Source: a virus. From it: a DNA stretch of 64,000 nucleotides. Numbering within the stretch: the first letter of the stretch is position 1; each line of letters starts with the position of its first letter. Shown in pieces: positions 41,095 through 50,165 of the stretch. The stretch spans positions 34,804-98,803 of the IMG/VR virus record IMGVR_UViG_3300020048_000063; one strand, written 5' to 3'. A model generated the notes under the pieces. It made no database searches and was not told the origin of the DNA. It saw nothing but the letters and a program-made list of their open reading frames with translations. The position numbers were made by a program, and so were the translations under genes.

Positions 41095-41922
41095 TTATAA
41101 TGATTTTAACATAGCAATTAAATTAGGTTGAGGACTCATGTCAGTCTTATCCGTTCTTATATTAGTATGAGTCCACACACCTGGATAACCATTCATTGTT
41201 AATGGATTATACTCAAATGCTGTTCTACCAATTGATTGTATTGCATATGCAGTATTTTCTCCCCAACTACCATCTTCTGATAAAGGTTTACCGTTTTTAC
41301 CAACAAATCCATTTTTATTCAACCATTTTTGTTGATCCATAATTGATAAATTATTTGGCATAATTAATGTCTCCTTTTTTATCCATTCAACCAAGCCCAT
41401 TTTTAAATTTATACCAAATTTAGTACCTAAAGAAACTAATAATGTCCTCAAACTATCTAATTGTTTATCTGTATATTTATGATAATACTTAAATCCTCTG
41501 AAAGGTTTTGATAATTCAACAACCTGATCTGCAGGCACAGGAGTATTCACATAAGTCATAAATTGTCCAGTTTTTGATAATGTTAAATTTCCATAATTAC
41601 AGACTTCTATTCCTATTGAAATTTTATCAAATAAACCATTGGTACCTTTTACACCAAGATGGAATGCCCATTGACTTTCAGGAAAACATCTAACAACAAC
41701 ACCATCCCAAGTAATATCATTATCTCTGGTACTCTTACCGCCTATAACATATGGTACAGCAATTTTTCTAGTTGAGCCATCTTCATTTTTATCTTTGTTC
41801 CAACTTTGTACAACCCAATCAGGTCTATGACTACCAGCAGTATGATGTAAATAAATTATACTTTTTTTAATATCATTAGAGAAGTATTCGTCAGAATCTA
41901 AAAAAATATCTTTAATATTCAT
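41095..41922 (-). CDS. N-acetylmuramoyl-L-alanine amidase (Amidase_2), putative endolysin
   Basis: LHHTAG, WAFHLG, SIGIEVCN, THTNIRTDKTD; inserted peptidoglycan-binding-like segment DGSWGENT. Confidence 0.85.
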   Translation of the reverse strand: MNIKDIFLDSDEYFSNDIKKSIIYLHHTAGSHRPDWVVQSWNKDKNEDGSTRKIAVPYVIGGKSTRDNDITWDGVVVRCFPESQWAFHLGVKGTNGLFDKISIGIEVCNYGNLTLSKTGQFMTYVNTPVPADQVVELSKPFRGFKYYHKYTDKQLDSLRTLLVSLGTKFGINLKMGLVEWIKKETLIMPNNLSIMDQQKWLNKNGFVGKNGKPLSEDGSWGENTAYAIQSIGRTAFEYNPLTMNGYPGVWTHTNIRTDKTDMSPQPNLIAMLKSL

Positions 41923-41933
41923 ATTTTTATTTA

Positions 41934-43538
41934 TTATTTTTTGACATTACTATTAACATATAAAAATGTTGGCGGCTGAATAGTATTGTTATCCGTTATA
42001 TCATTATCATAGAGTTGTTCGTTTTTTAATGTATTTAAATCTTGTGTATTTTTATACACCCTTTCACCTTTTAATTTATGGTCAACATCTACATCCTCAT
42101 ACAATAATGTTGATTCCATTCTTCTTTTTATTGTTATATTTTTATAAACTTCTTCATTATTTAATGAAGTGATTTTATCTTCTGAATTTTTAAATAGTGA
42201 TTCATTATGTAATAAAGTTTTCTTATCGGGAACATTATCAAAAACAGTTTCTCCCTTTAGTGTTTTATTTGAATCTTTATTTCTATAAACATTTTCATTT
42301 TCCAATCTATTTGTAGAATCAATATTTTGATAAACAAACTCTTTTGGTGTATGACGGCTAACATTTACATTTTTATAAACTTCTTCGTTTTCTAATAAAT
42401 TATTTGAATCTTTATTTCTATAGACATTTTCATTTTCTAATTTGTTTGTAGAATCAATATTTTGATAAACAAATTCATTTGGTGTATGACGATTGACATT
42501 TATATTTTTATAAACATTCTCATCTTTCAAAGCATTATTAGAATCTTTGTTTTTATACGCATACTCATTTTCTAATCTATTTGTAGAATCAATGTTTTTA
42601 TAAACATTTTCATCTTTTAAAATATTATTAGAATCTTTATTCTTGTAGACATCTTCATTTTCTAATTTATTATTAGAATCTTTATTTTTATAGACATCTT
42701 CATTTTCTAATCTATTTGTAGAGTCAATGTTTTTATAAACTTCTTCATTATTTAAAGTAGAATTATCTCCAACATTATCATAAACTTTTTCACCATTCAA
42801 TGTAATTACATTATCAACATTATCATAAACTGTTTCACCATTTAATGTACCATATTCTTCAACATTAACATATACGGTCTCACCTGCTAGTGTACCATTT
42901 TCTTTTATATTATCATAAACCGTTTCTCCATTTAAAGTATTATTATCGTTAACATTTGTAAAAAGATTCTCACCATTTAAAACATTATTCACTCCTACAC
43001 CATAAAAAAGATTTTCATCATTTAAAGTATTATTTACTCCTATACCATAAAAAAGAGTCTGATTTTCTGGTGTCTTATTTCGCTGTCTATCTTTTTCTTT
43101 TACATTATCATAATCAACCATATCAGTAAATGGTGGATTATATACAACTTCACCGTGTAATTTATTATTTATTCCTATACCATTGTAAACAACTTCACCG
43201 TTTGGTGTTTTATTTCTTGCATCTTTTTCAGTAGGATTATCATAATCCATCATAGGAGTAAAAGGAGGATTATAAACAACTTCACCTTTTGGTGTTTTAT
43301 TTCTATCCAACCCAAACTCATTTTTCAAATCATCATAATCAATAAAATTAGTATTACCATAAAGTTTACTACCATTTAATGTTTTGCCTCTTTTTTTATC
43401 TTTTTCACTTAAATTATCATAATCAACAAATATTGTTTTTCCATAAAGAACTTGTCCTTCTGGTGTTTTATTTAATAGTGCGTGATTATTAACAACTATT
43501 CTATCAATTACATTTGAATTTTTAGTATCATTAGACAT
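41934..43538 (-). CDS. Repeat protein with 15-aa LxxExVYxN repeats
   Basis: More than 20 tandem units such as LENEDVYKNKDSNNK. Confidence 0.8.
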   Translation of the reverse strand: MSNDTKNSNVIDRIVVNNHALLNKTPEGQVLYGKTIFVDYDNLSEKDKKRGKTLNGSKLYGNTNFIDYDDLKNEFGLDRNKTPKGEVVYNPPFTPMMDYDNPTEKDARNKTPNGEVVYNGIGINNKLHGEVVYNPPFTDMVDYDNVKEKDRQRNKTPENQTLFYGIGVNNTLNDENLFYGVGVNNVLNGENLFTNVNDNNTLNGETVYDNIKENGTLAGETVYVNVEEYGTLNGETVYDNVDNVITLNGEKVYDNVGDNSTLNNEEVYKNIDSTNRLENEDVYKNKDSNNKLENEDVYKNKDSNNILKDENVYKNIDSTNRLENEYAYKNKDSNNALKDENVYKNINVNRHTPNEFVYQNIDSTNKLENENVYRNKDSNNLLENEEVYKNVNVSRHTPKEFVYQNIDSTNRLENENVYRNKDSNKTLKGETVFDNVPDKKTLLHNESLFKNSEDKITSLNNEEVYKNITIKRRMESTLLYEDVDVDHKLKGERVYKNTQDLNTLKNEQLYDNDITDNNTIQPPTFLYVNSNVKK

Positions 43539-43984
43539 TAACTAGATCTTCTTTTTTTAATCATCTCCTGAATATATTGATCAGCAGGCAATTTAATATC
43601 TGGGTCTTTTCTATTAACCAATTCTTCTTTCGTATTATCTTTTATACCTTCTTTTTCATTTATTTCTTTAACAATAGATGCTAAATATGTTTCTGGACTT
43701 ACTTTTGAATCTTCATTTGTATAAACTAATCCATATATACTTTCATCATTGAAAATATAAAATTCATTATTAGGCAAAGTAAAATCCTGATAAAACATTA
43801 ATTTACCTATTGTACCATATGTTAATATTTGTTTACCTGTCATATTTAAATATTTTAACATAAAAGCATCTTTTATATGAATTTTTTCTTCCTTCAAAGA
43901 AATTAAATTTATACCTAAATCCATTTTGAATATAGGTATTTTTCTAAATATATTTAACATTTGGGTGTTTGCTACTACTATCAT
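43538..43984 (-). CDS. Hypothetical protein
   Basis: 148 aa, in a late operon. Confidence 0.7.
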   Translation of the reverse strand: MIVVANTQMLNIFRKIPIFKMDLGINLISLKEEKIHIKDAFMLKYLNMTGKQILTYGTIGKLMFYQDFTLPNNEFYIFNDESIYGLVYTNEDSKVSPETYLASIVKEINEKEGIKDNTKEELVNRKDPDIKLPADQYIQEMIKKRRSS

Positions 43985-44550
43985 TGTTCGTGAATATCAT
44001 CTTTTAAATCATTCTCATCTACACCAGTATCATCAGATTTATCTTTTAATTGACCTAATTTATCAATCATAAAATCCTCTTTAATATCCTCAACTTTTAC
44101 TTCCTCTACCAATTCTCCTTTTTCTTTATTATTCTCATCAAATTGATGAATTTTTAAAAGAACTTTATTAATTTCTAAATTTTTACCCTCGGCTGGGGGA
44201 GTTGCGGCTGGAGCTTCACCCTGACCTTGAGCAGGAGGTTGTGTTTGTTGAGTTTGTGCTTGTGCTTCATCACCTTTCATTTCATCAAGTCTTATCATAA
44301 AAATAACTCTATATCTCATTGATGTTCCTTCTTCTTCTTCACCTTCTTTTATTGGTTCTGTAAAATTAAATATTAGGAATTTTTCCATTGGATTATAATT
44401 AGAAATTTGAATATCTCCATCCAATTCACAACCCTGAGCACCTAATGAACCATCTGTAAACCATTTTTCAATTTGTGCTTCTAATTCCTTAAAAAAAACT
44501 GAAATTTTATAATCAGCTGATTCAACGTATTCTTCAAATAATTTCCTCAT
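43981..44550 (-). CDS. Hypothetical acidic protein with CTS-like N-terminus
   Basis: MRKLFEEYVES; Q/P/A-rich linker; late motif at 44572-44581. Confidence 0.75.
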   Translation of the reverse strand: MRKLFEEYVESADYKISVFFKELEAQIEKWFTDGSLGAQGCELDGDIQISNYNPMEKFLIFNFTEPIKEGEEEEGTSMRYRVIFMIRLDEMKGDEAQAQTQQTQPPAQGQGEAPAATPPAEGKNLEINKVLLKIHQFDENNKEKGELVEEVKVEDIKEDFMIDKLGQLKDKSDDTGVDENDLKDDIHEQ

Positions 44551-44625
44551 AATTGTTAATTAATTTTACTCTATATATAAAAATCATGTTCATTAAAATC
44601 AAAAATGAAAATTAATATATATTAT

Positions 44626-45342
44626 ATGAAAATTTTAAAAGAATCAGAAGTCTCATCAGGAAATGCGAGCGGAAAAGCAGGTGTAGCATCACTTCCGTTC
44701 AATAAAGGATATTATTCTTCTGGTAACAATGGATCACCAGGTATAGAATTTACTCCAAAAGGTGAACCAAGTTTCAAAACATACAAAAGTATGAAGCATT
44801 CAAAAAAGAATGTTAAAGAAAAAAGAGAAAAAATGAAAAAATTTAGAGAATTCGCAAAAGAATCAGTAAACTACGAAAATCTAGAAATTAGAGGAATCAA
44901 TTTCATTGATGATAATGAAGGTTATGTTAAAATAGAAATGGATGGTAAACAAAAAATGGAGCATTTTAGTATTAATCACGCTGGGTATGTTCATTTTCAA
45001 CTTTTTCATCCAGAACAAAATTATTATCAATTAGTTCAATATGTATATGAACAAATGCCAGAATGCAATTTAAAAACTAAAGTTCTTGATAATTATGAAG
45101 AAGTTTTTCAGTTAGAAACATTAACCGAAGAAGCTTCTGCAACTATGGGTAATACAGGTGGTATGGGTGCTGTTGTGTCGGCACAACCATCAAGTACACC
45201 AGGTGATGTTGCAGGTGGAACAAAAGGTTCTGGTGATATTGGACAAACACTTGGTACTTATACTAAACCAGGAATAAAAATGAAAAAGGATAAAAAGAAA
45301 AAAAGAAAAATAGAATCTTTTGATAATTTTAAAATAAAATAA
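44626..45342 (+). CDS. Hypothetical protein with repeated CTS-like motifs
   Basis: Start reassigned to follow late motif 44612-44621; MKILKES, MKKFREFAKES, KIESFDNF. Confidence 0.7.
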   Translation: MKILKESEVSSGNASGKAGVASLPFNKGYYSSGNNGSPGIEFTPKGEPSFKTYKSMKHSKKNVKEKREKMKKFREFAKESVNYENLEIRGINFIDDNEGYVKIEMDGKQKMEHFSINHAGYVHFQLFHPEQNYYQLVQYVYEQMPECNLKTKVLDNYEEVFQLETLTEEASATMGNTGGMGAVVSAQPSSTPGDVAGGTKGSGDIGQTLGTYTKPGIKMKKDKKKKRKIESFDNFKIK

Positions 45343-45351
45343 AAAATCCAT

Positions 45352-46101
45352 ATGAAAATAGAAAGATTTAATCAAATAAATGAGTCTTCTCATAACGAAT
45401 TTTTGAATCATTATAGTGATGATATACAGAAATCTATCATTTTATTAGTAAAATTAAAAAATTTTTTCATTGAAGCTGAACATAACGATGAAAATATTAC
45501 TGATGAACTTGGTGAACTTGGTGAAAAAATAGAAAATAGACTTAGTGTTTATGATAAAAATGTACCATCAAAAATAGATGAATGGATTTATGATACTCCA
45601 ACACCAGATGAAATTGTTGAATTCGCAATAAGAAACCAATATAAATGGGGAACTGAACCGCAAATGGTATTATACGCAATTGAAGATTATGCAACAGAAT
45701 GTGGAATATATCCTGATGATGAGGATGATATTGATGAAAATGAGAATGAAGATGAATTTTATGAAGGCTCTTTTCAATTTGATAAAGAAGAAGTTGATGA
45801 ACCAAAAAATGAGAATATTGAATTATTTGAAAATTTTGAAACCAGTTATACTTATGAATGTAGTGGTTCACCTAGTCCAACATTTAGAGTTAAAGCAGAC
45901 TTTTTTGAATTTATGGCTAATCATGGATTTAAACACACCACATTAACCAAAAAAACTAACATGCTAATTGTGGAAGATAAAGATATGGGTACTTTAAAAT
46001 GTCAAAAAGCACAAAAATATGGTGTACCAATTTATACATATAGAGAAGCAAAGAAAAAGGTTATAGCATTAGCAGAAGACATGGAAAAATATAATTTATA
46101 A
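45352..46101 (+). CDS. Dual-tagged protein with C-terminal BRCT-like domain
   Basis: MKIERFNQINES...LTKKTNMLIV..KCQKAQKYGVPIYTY...EKYNL. Confidence 0.75.
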   Translation: MKIERFNQINESSHNEFLNHYSDDIQKSIILLVKLKNFFIEAEHNDENITDELGELGEKIENRLSVYDKNVPSKIDEWIYDTPTPDEIVEFAIRNQYKWGTEPQMVLYAIEDYATECGIYPDDEDDIDENENEDEFYEGSFQFDKEEVDEPKNENIELFENFETSYTYECSGSPSPTFRVKADFFEFMANHGFKHTTLTKKTNMLIVEDKDMGTLKCQKAQKYGVPIYTYREAKKKVIALAEDMEKYNL

Positions 46102-46104
46102 CTT

Positions 46105-46473
46105 GTGAGATACATAAAAACATACGAAAAATTTTTCATAAAAAAAGTCTGGAACAAAATACTAGATCCAGAAAGTGATTTAAAAGAAATTGAGGCATCT
46201 TGGAATATGCATGAAATCCCTGTGTTACAAAAATATGGAAAAATAACTGAAGATACATTTGAATATAACTCTGTTATGAGTAATCTTTCAATAAAAATTA
46301 AAAAAATATATGTGGAAGAAGCATTTGGATATACACCAGCAACATTTAAGGTAAATGTTAGCAATGATAGAGGTATATATCGTAAAACATTTACAGATTT
46401 TAATGATGTAATAAAACTTATGGAAAAATTGATTCCAAAAGAAGAAATAGACGCAAATAAATATAATCTATAA
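46105..46473 (+). CDS. Tagged hypothetical protein (MRYIKTYEKF...NKYNL)
   Basis: GTG start; both terminal motifs. Confidence 0.75.
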   Translation: MRYIKTYEKFFIKKVWNKILDPESDLKEIEASWNMHEIPVLQKYGKITEDTFEYNSVMSNLSIKIKKIYVEEAFGYTPATFKVNVSNDRGIYRKTFTDFNDVIKLMEKLIPKEEIDANKYNL

Positions 46474-46523
46474 TTTTTTTATTTAAATAACATTTCATAT
46501 ATTTAACTTCAAATAATAAAATT

Positions 46524-46829
46524 ATGGAAAAAGTAGATAAAGTTACATATGAAATGTCGGGTCCTCCACCGAAATGGTTATGGTATCATAAAGCAGACTT
46601 TGAGAGTGATATGTTGAAATGGGGATATTCTCATACCACATTGAATAAAAATACTGATATGTTAATTGTAGAATCAAAAGATTTAGGTACATTAAAATGT
46701 CAGAAAGCAGAAAAATACGGTATACCTATATACACTTATAAAGAAGCATTTGATAGAAAAGAAAAATTATACACAAGAGTAATTAGGAAAAAAAGATTAG
46801 ATAATATAAATAAAAACAGAGAAGAATAA
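46524..46829 (+). CDS. Stand-alone BRCT-like domain protein
   Basis: Paralog of the 45352 C-terminus; LigA-type KTDxLIV..K..KAxxLGIPI pattern; ends IRKKRLDNI. Confidence 0.75.
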   Translation: MEKVDKVTYEMSGPPPKWLWYHKADFESDMLKWGYSHTTLNKNTDMLIVESKDLGTLKCQKAEKYGIPIYTYKEAFDRKEKLYTRVIRKKRLDNINKNREE

Positions 46830-46856
46830 AACACCTTTTAGGTGTTTTATTTTTTT
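46825..46856 (+). terminator. Intrinsic terminator
   Basis: AATAAAACACCT-ttt-AGGTGTTTTATT followed by a T-run. Confidence 0.75.
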
Positions 46857-46908
46857 AAACAAACTCACATCAAAATTATATATAATTCATAAAAAATAAT
46901 TAAAAATA

Positions 46909-47910
46909 GTGGATTACAATAAAAATTATTATCAAGAATTAGGATTAGATAAAAATGCAACTGAGGACGATATAAAGAAAACATATAGAAAATTAGCACA
47001 TAAACATCATCCCGACAAAAATCAGGGTAATAAAGATTCAGAAGCATTATTTCAAAGAATAAATGAAGCAAATTCTGTTCTGTCGGATGCTAAGTCTAAA
47101 CAAGAATATGATCAAAGAAGTCCACATGGAAAAAGCTATTCACCGAGTCCTTTTGGTGGATTTGAATTTAGTGGTATGGGAGATATTTTTAACCAATTTT
47201 TTGGTGGTGGATTTGATCCATTTGGTGGATTCAATCCTTTCAGAAGAGAGGAATTTATTGAAAATTTAGATATCAATCTAAATGTTAATATCAATCTTAA
47301 ACAGATTTATCTTAATGATCATCTCATTTTAAAATTTAAAAAATATGTATCATGTCCAGATTGTAATGGTACTGGATTTGATAAAAATAGTCATTCTGAT
47401 ACTTGTGAAATATGTAATGGTTCTGGTATTGATAATGGTAGAACTTGTACCTATTGTAAAGGTGATGGTAAAATATACACAGGAACTTGTAAAACATGTA
47501 GTGGTGAAAAAATTATTTTGAAAGATGCAGAAGTAACAATGCAAAATGTATCACAAATAAGAAACAATCTAAGAAATATACATAGAGGATTTGGTCACCA
47601 ATCAAAATATTATAGGGAAAAAGTAGGTAGTTTAATATTAAATATTATTGTTGATAGAAATGATAAATATCAGATAGTAAATAATGTTGAATTACACCAA
47701 ACTTTAGATATACATTTTCAAGATGCTATTGATGGAAAAGAAATTTTATATTCACATATTGATGATACATCACTAAAAATTAAATTACCAACAAAAAGTA
47801 AAAATAACGATATAATTAGAGTAAAAGATAAAGGCTTATTAATAAATGATAAGCAACGAAGCGATTTATATATAAAAATAAATATTATAATTGATTATGA
47901 TAGAATTTGA
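46909..47910 (+). CDS. dnaJ: DnaJ chaperone
   Basis: J-domain HPD, G/F region, four CxxCxGxx Zn motifs, C-terminal domain. Confidence 0.92.
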   Translation: MDYNKNYYQELGLDKNATEDDIKKTYRKLAHKHHPDKNQGNKDSEALFQRINEANSVLSDAKSKQEYDQRSPHGKSYSPSPFGGFEFSGMGDIFNQFFGGGFDPFGGFNPFRREEFIENLDINLNVNINLKQIYLNDHLILKFKKYVSCPDCNGTGFDKNSHSDTCEICNGSGIDNGRTCTYCKGDGKIYTGTCKTCSGEKIILKDAEVTMQNVSQIRNNLRNIHRGFGHQSKYYREKVGSLILNIIVDRNDKYQIVNNVELHQTLDIHFQDAIDGKEILYSHIDDTSLKIKLPTKSKNNDIIRVKDKGLLINDKQRSDLYIKINIIIDYDRI

Positions 47911-48184
47911 TTTTTATTCCTATGATGAAGATAAAGATAAAATAAAAATATATTCAGAAGAAGTTCAGAATTATTTTAGTTCCACATATTATATTGATAT
48001 TGAAACAGTTGATTTTGATGAAAATCAAAATATTGTTTTGTTTATTGAACATTCAAGAAACATAATAAATCCTTCAGAGTTAGAAAAAACACTTTTAGAA
48101 AATTTCAAACATCTAAATGATGTTGAGGTTAGAAATATGAAAATTTTATTGACTTTTGATAGTAAAGAAATTGAAATTTGTTAA
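47891..48184 (+). CDS. Hypothetical protein
   Basis: 97 aa ORF (start may be the second Met). Confidence 0.6.
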   Translation: MIMIEFDFYSYDEDKDKIKIYSEEVQNYFSSTYYIDIETVDFDENQNIVLFIEHSRNIINPSELEKTLLENFKHLNDVEVRNMKILLTFDSKEIEIC

Positions 48185-48474
48185 ATTTCATCAAAAGTTT
48201 TTCTTAATTCATTTAACTCTAAATTAAGTGTATTAACATAATATTCTAAAATATCCTGAACAAACACTACTGTAGCAATTTCATCAGGATTTAGAACCAC
48301 CTCATTTATTACAAATGGATTTGTACTGGATATTCCAGATGATGTAGATGTATCTGATGCGATAATTCTATATGATTTTTTATTCATTATCTCTCGTAAA
48401 TCAAATATAGTTTTTTCTAGTTTATCAATTCTATCAACCAAACCTGCCGCAATATCAAAATCTTTTCTTTCCAT
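48181..48474 (-). CDS. Hypothetical protein
   Basis: 97 aa ORF. Confidence 0.65.
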   Translation of the reverse strand: MERKDFDIAAGLVDRIDKLEKTIFDLREIMNKKSYRIIASDTSTSSGISSTNPFVINEVVLNPDEIATVVFVQDILEYYVNTLNLELNELRKTFDEI

Positions 48475-48496
48475 TTTTATTTTTTATTTTATATAT

Positions 48497-48895
48497 TTAA
48501 ATTTCTTCGTTCTCTCCATTTTCTTTCAAATATTCACATTTATAACTCTGACATATTGCTGGTCTAATATCATATATTGAACAGAATCTTAAATTATTAT
48601 TGTAGAAAATACAGGATTTTTTATTAGTATCAAAATTTAATCTAATTGCAGGATAACTACTTGGTTCTTGCCAAACTGATCTATCTGGAAAAATATTCTT
48701 ACCTTCTTCATAATATATGAAAACACTTTCTTTACTAACTTCTTTTCCAATCTTTTCTGATAATCTTGCTACAAATTCATCAGTATCTAAATGTGGACCA
48801 ATTATCCAATCTCTATTTTCAATAGAACAACAACTTCCATGATAATTATCTTGACCCCAACATAAAAAACTACATATATTACAATTTTTACCCAT
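48497..48895 (-). CDS. YkgJ/CxxCxxCC-family Zn/Fe-S cluster protein
   Basis: CNICS..C..GSCC, CIFY, CSIYDIRPAICQSYKC. Confidence 0.8.
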   Translation of the reverse strand: MGKNCNICSFLCWGQDNYHGSCCSIENRDWIIGPHLDTDEFVARLSEKIGKEVSKESVFIYYEEGKNIFPDRSVWQEPSSYPAIRLNFDTNKKSCIFYNNNLRFCSIYDIRPAICQSYKCEYLKENGENEEI

Positions 48896-48932
48896 TATTA
48901 TTTTTATTTTTTATATTATATAAAATAAAAAC

Positions 48933-48962
48933 AAAAAAGACTGAATAAATTCAGTCTTTTTT
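48933..48962. terminator. Intrinsic terminator
   Basis: AAAAAAGACTGAAT-aa-ATTCAGTCTTTTTT. Confidence 0.8.
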
Positions 48963-48981
48963 AATTAAAAAAATTGTTATA

Positions 48982-50145
48982 TTATATTCTAACTTTTTCA
49001 CCACCAGAATCTCTAATAATATTTCTTAGTTGTTCTGTAGCACATTTATCAAAGGCAGATTTAGTCATACTTAAAACGTTATTTGAACTATCCCATTTAC
49101 ATTTTTGTTTTTCACCTTTTATAAAATTAAGAACTTTTGTAGGTTTTTCTTCAAATCCCCAAGCTAACATCTCTTCTTTCTTAGGCTCAGAAACCATACC
49201 TTCTGTTGATTTTAAATTGATTTTAAAAGTCATTGTATATACTGGTTTATCTTCTGTTCCAGTATTTTTCTTTGATCTATATTTTAAAGCAACTCTATAT
49301 TTTCTTTTCTTCAAAACATTTTCACTATATTCCATAAACAAATCTTGATCATAATCCATTTTGAAATCATTCTTATCTACTTCAAATTCTACATATTGTG
49401 GTTCTCCATTTTGATTGCCTGCAAATTTAATATTTTTACCATAAGCAAACATTTCACTTATAATTTTCTTAACTTCTTTTTGAACTTCACCTGATACTGG
49501 TGCGGCTGCTTCTTTTTTTGCTTCTAAAAAGAGTCCGAAATTTTGTATTTTTCTCATATTTTTTGTATTATTTTTACCTTCAAAAGTTGTATCTGAAGTA
49601 TAGCCTTTATATAATGATTTTTTATTAGGTATATCTGATGATGGTGTGTCATCTTTAGATGTTTCTACTCTATTTTGTCTATCATCTGACCATTTTTTTA
49701 TAGTTGACCAATATATATTACTATATGGTTTTTCTTCTCTTATATAAGGATATTCTTCCTTTAATTTTTTAAGTTCTTCTTTTATTTCATCTTCACTTAA
49801 AAGTAAAATAGATTCCATTTTATCCTTAAATTCTTGTGGTGTAATATTAAATAATTTAGAACGATATGATGATTCCATGTCAGGAGAATCCTCACCATTT
49901 ATAATAGCCTGTGTTATATCTTGCTCATGTGAATCTGCGTTTAGATATTTTTGATGCCATTTTTTAATAACTTCCCAATACGCTTTCTTATATGGTTCTT
50001 CTTCCCTAACAAAAGGATATTCTTTTTTCAATTTTGCTAATGCTCTTGACGCATTTTCTAAATCTTTATCAATAATCTTTTCTATTGAATCTAATTTAAT
50101 ATGAAAATCTTTTAGTGATAATTCACTTAATCTATCTCTTTCCAT
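48982..50145 (-). CDS. Hypothetical protein with internal duplication and internal CTS-like start
   Basis: Two LKxEYPxxREExPY...YWxxIKKW repeats; MRKIQNFGLFLEA at ATG 49557. Confidence 0.75.
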   Translation of the reverse strand: MERDRLSELSLKDFHIKLDSIEKIIDKDLENASRALAKLKKEYPFVREEEPYKKAYWEVIKKWHQKYLNADSHEQDITQAIINGEDSPDMESSYRSKLFNITPQEFKDKMESILLLSEDEIKEELKKLKEEYPYIREEKPYSNIYWSTIKKWSDDRQNRVETSKDDTPSSDIPNKKSLYKGYTSDTTFEGKNNTKNMRKIQNFGLFLEAKKEAAAPVSGEVQKEVKKIISEMFAYGKNIKFAGNQNGEPQYVEFEVDKNDFKMDYDQDLFMEYSENVLKKRKYRVALKYRSKKNTGTEDKPVYTMTFKINLKSTEGMVSEPKKEEMLAWGFEEKPTKVLNFIKGEKQKCKWDSSNNVLSMTKSAFDKCATEQLRNIIRDSGGEKVRI

Positions 50146-50165
50146 GTTATTTTATTATTTTTATT

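Noticed and set aside
34687-46473. YNL ends as a DNA-level TATAAT promoter or recombination site
   Set aside because: Several copies read TATAAC and use CTA or TTG; the variation is synonymous, which favours a peptide signal.
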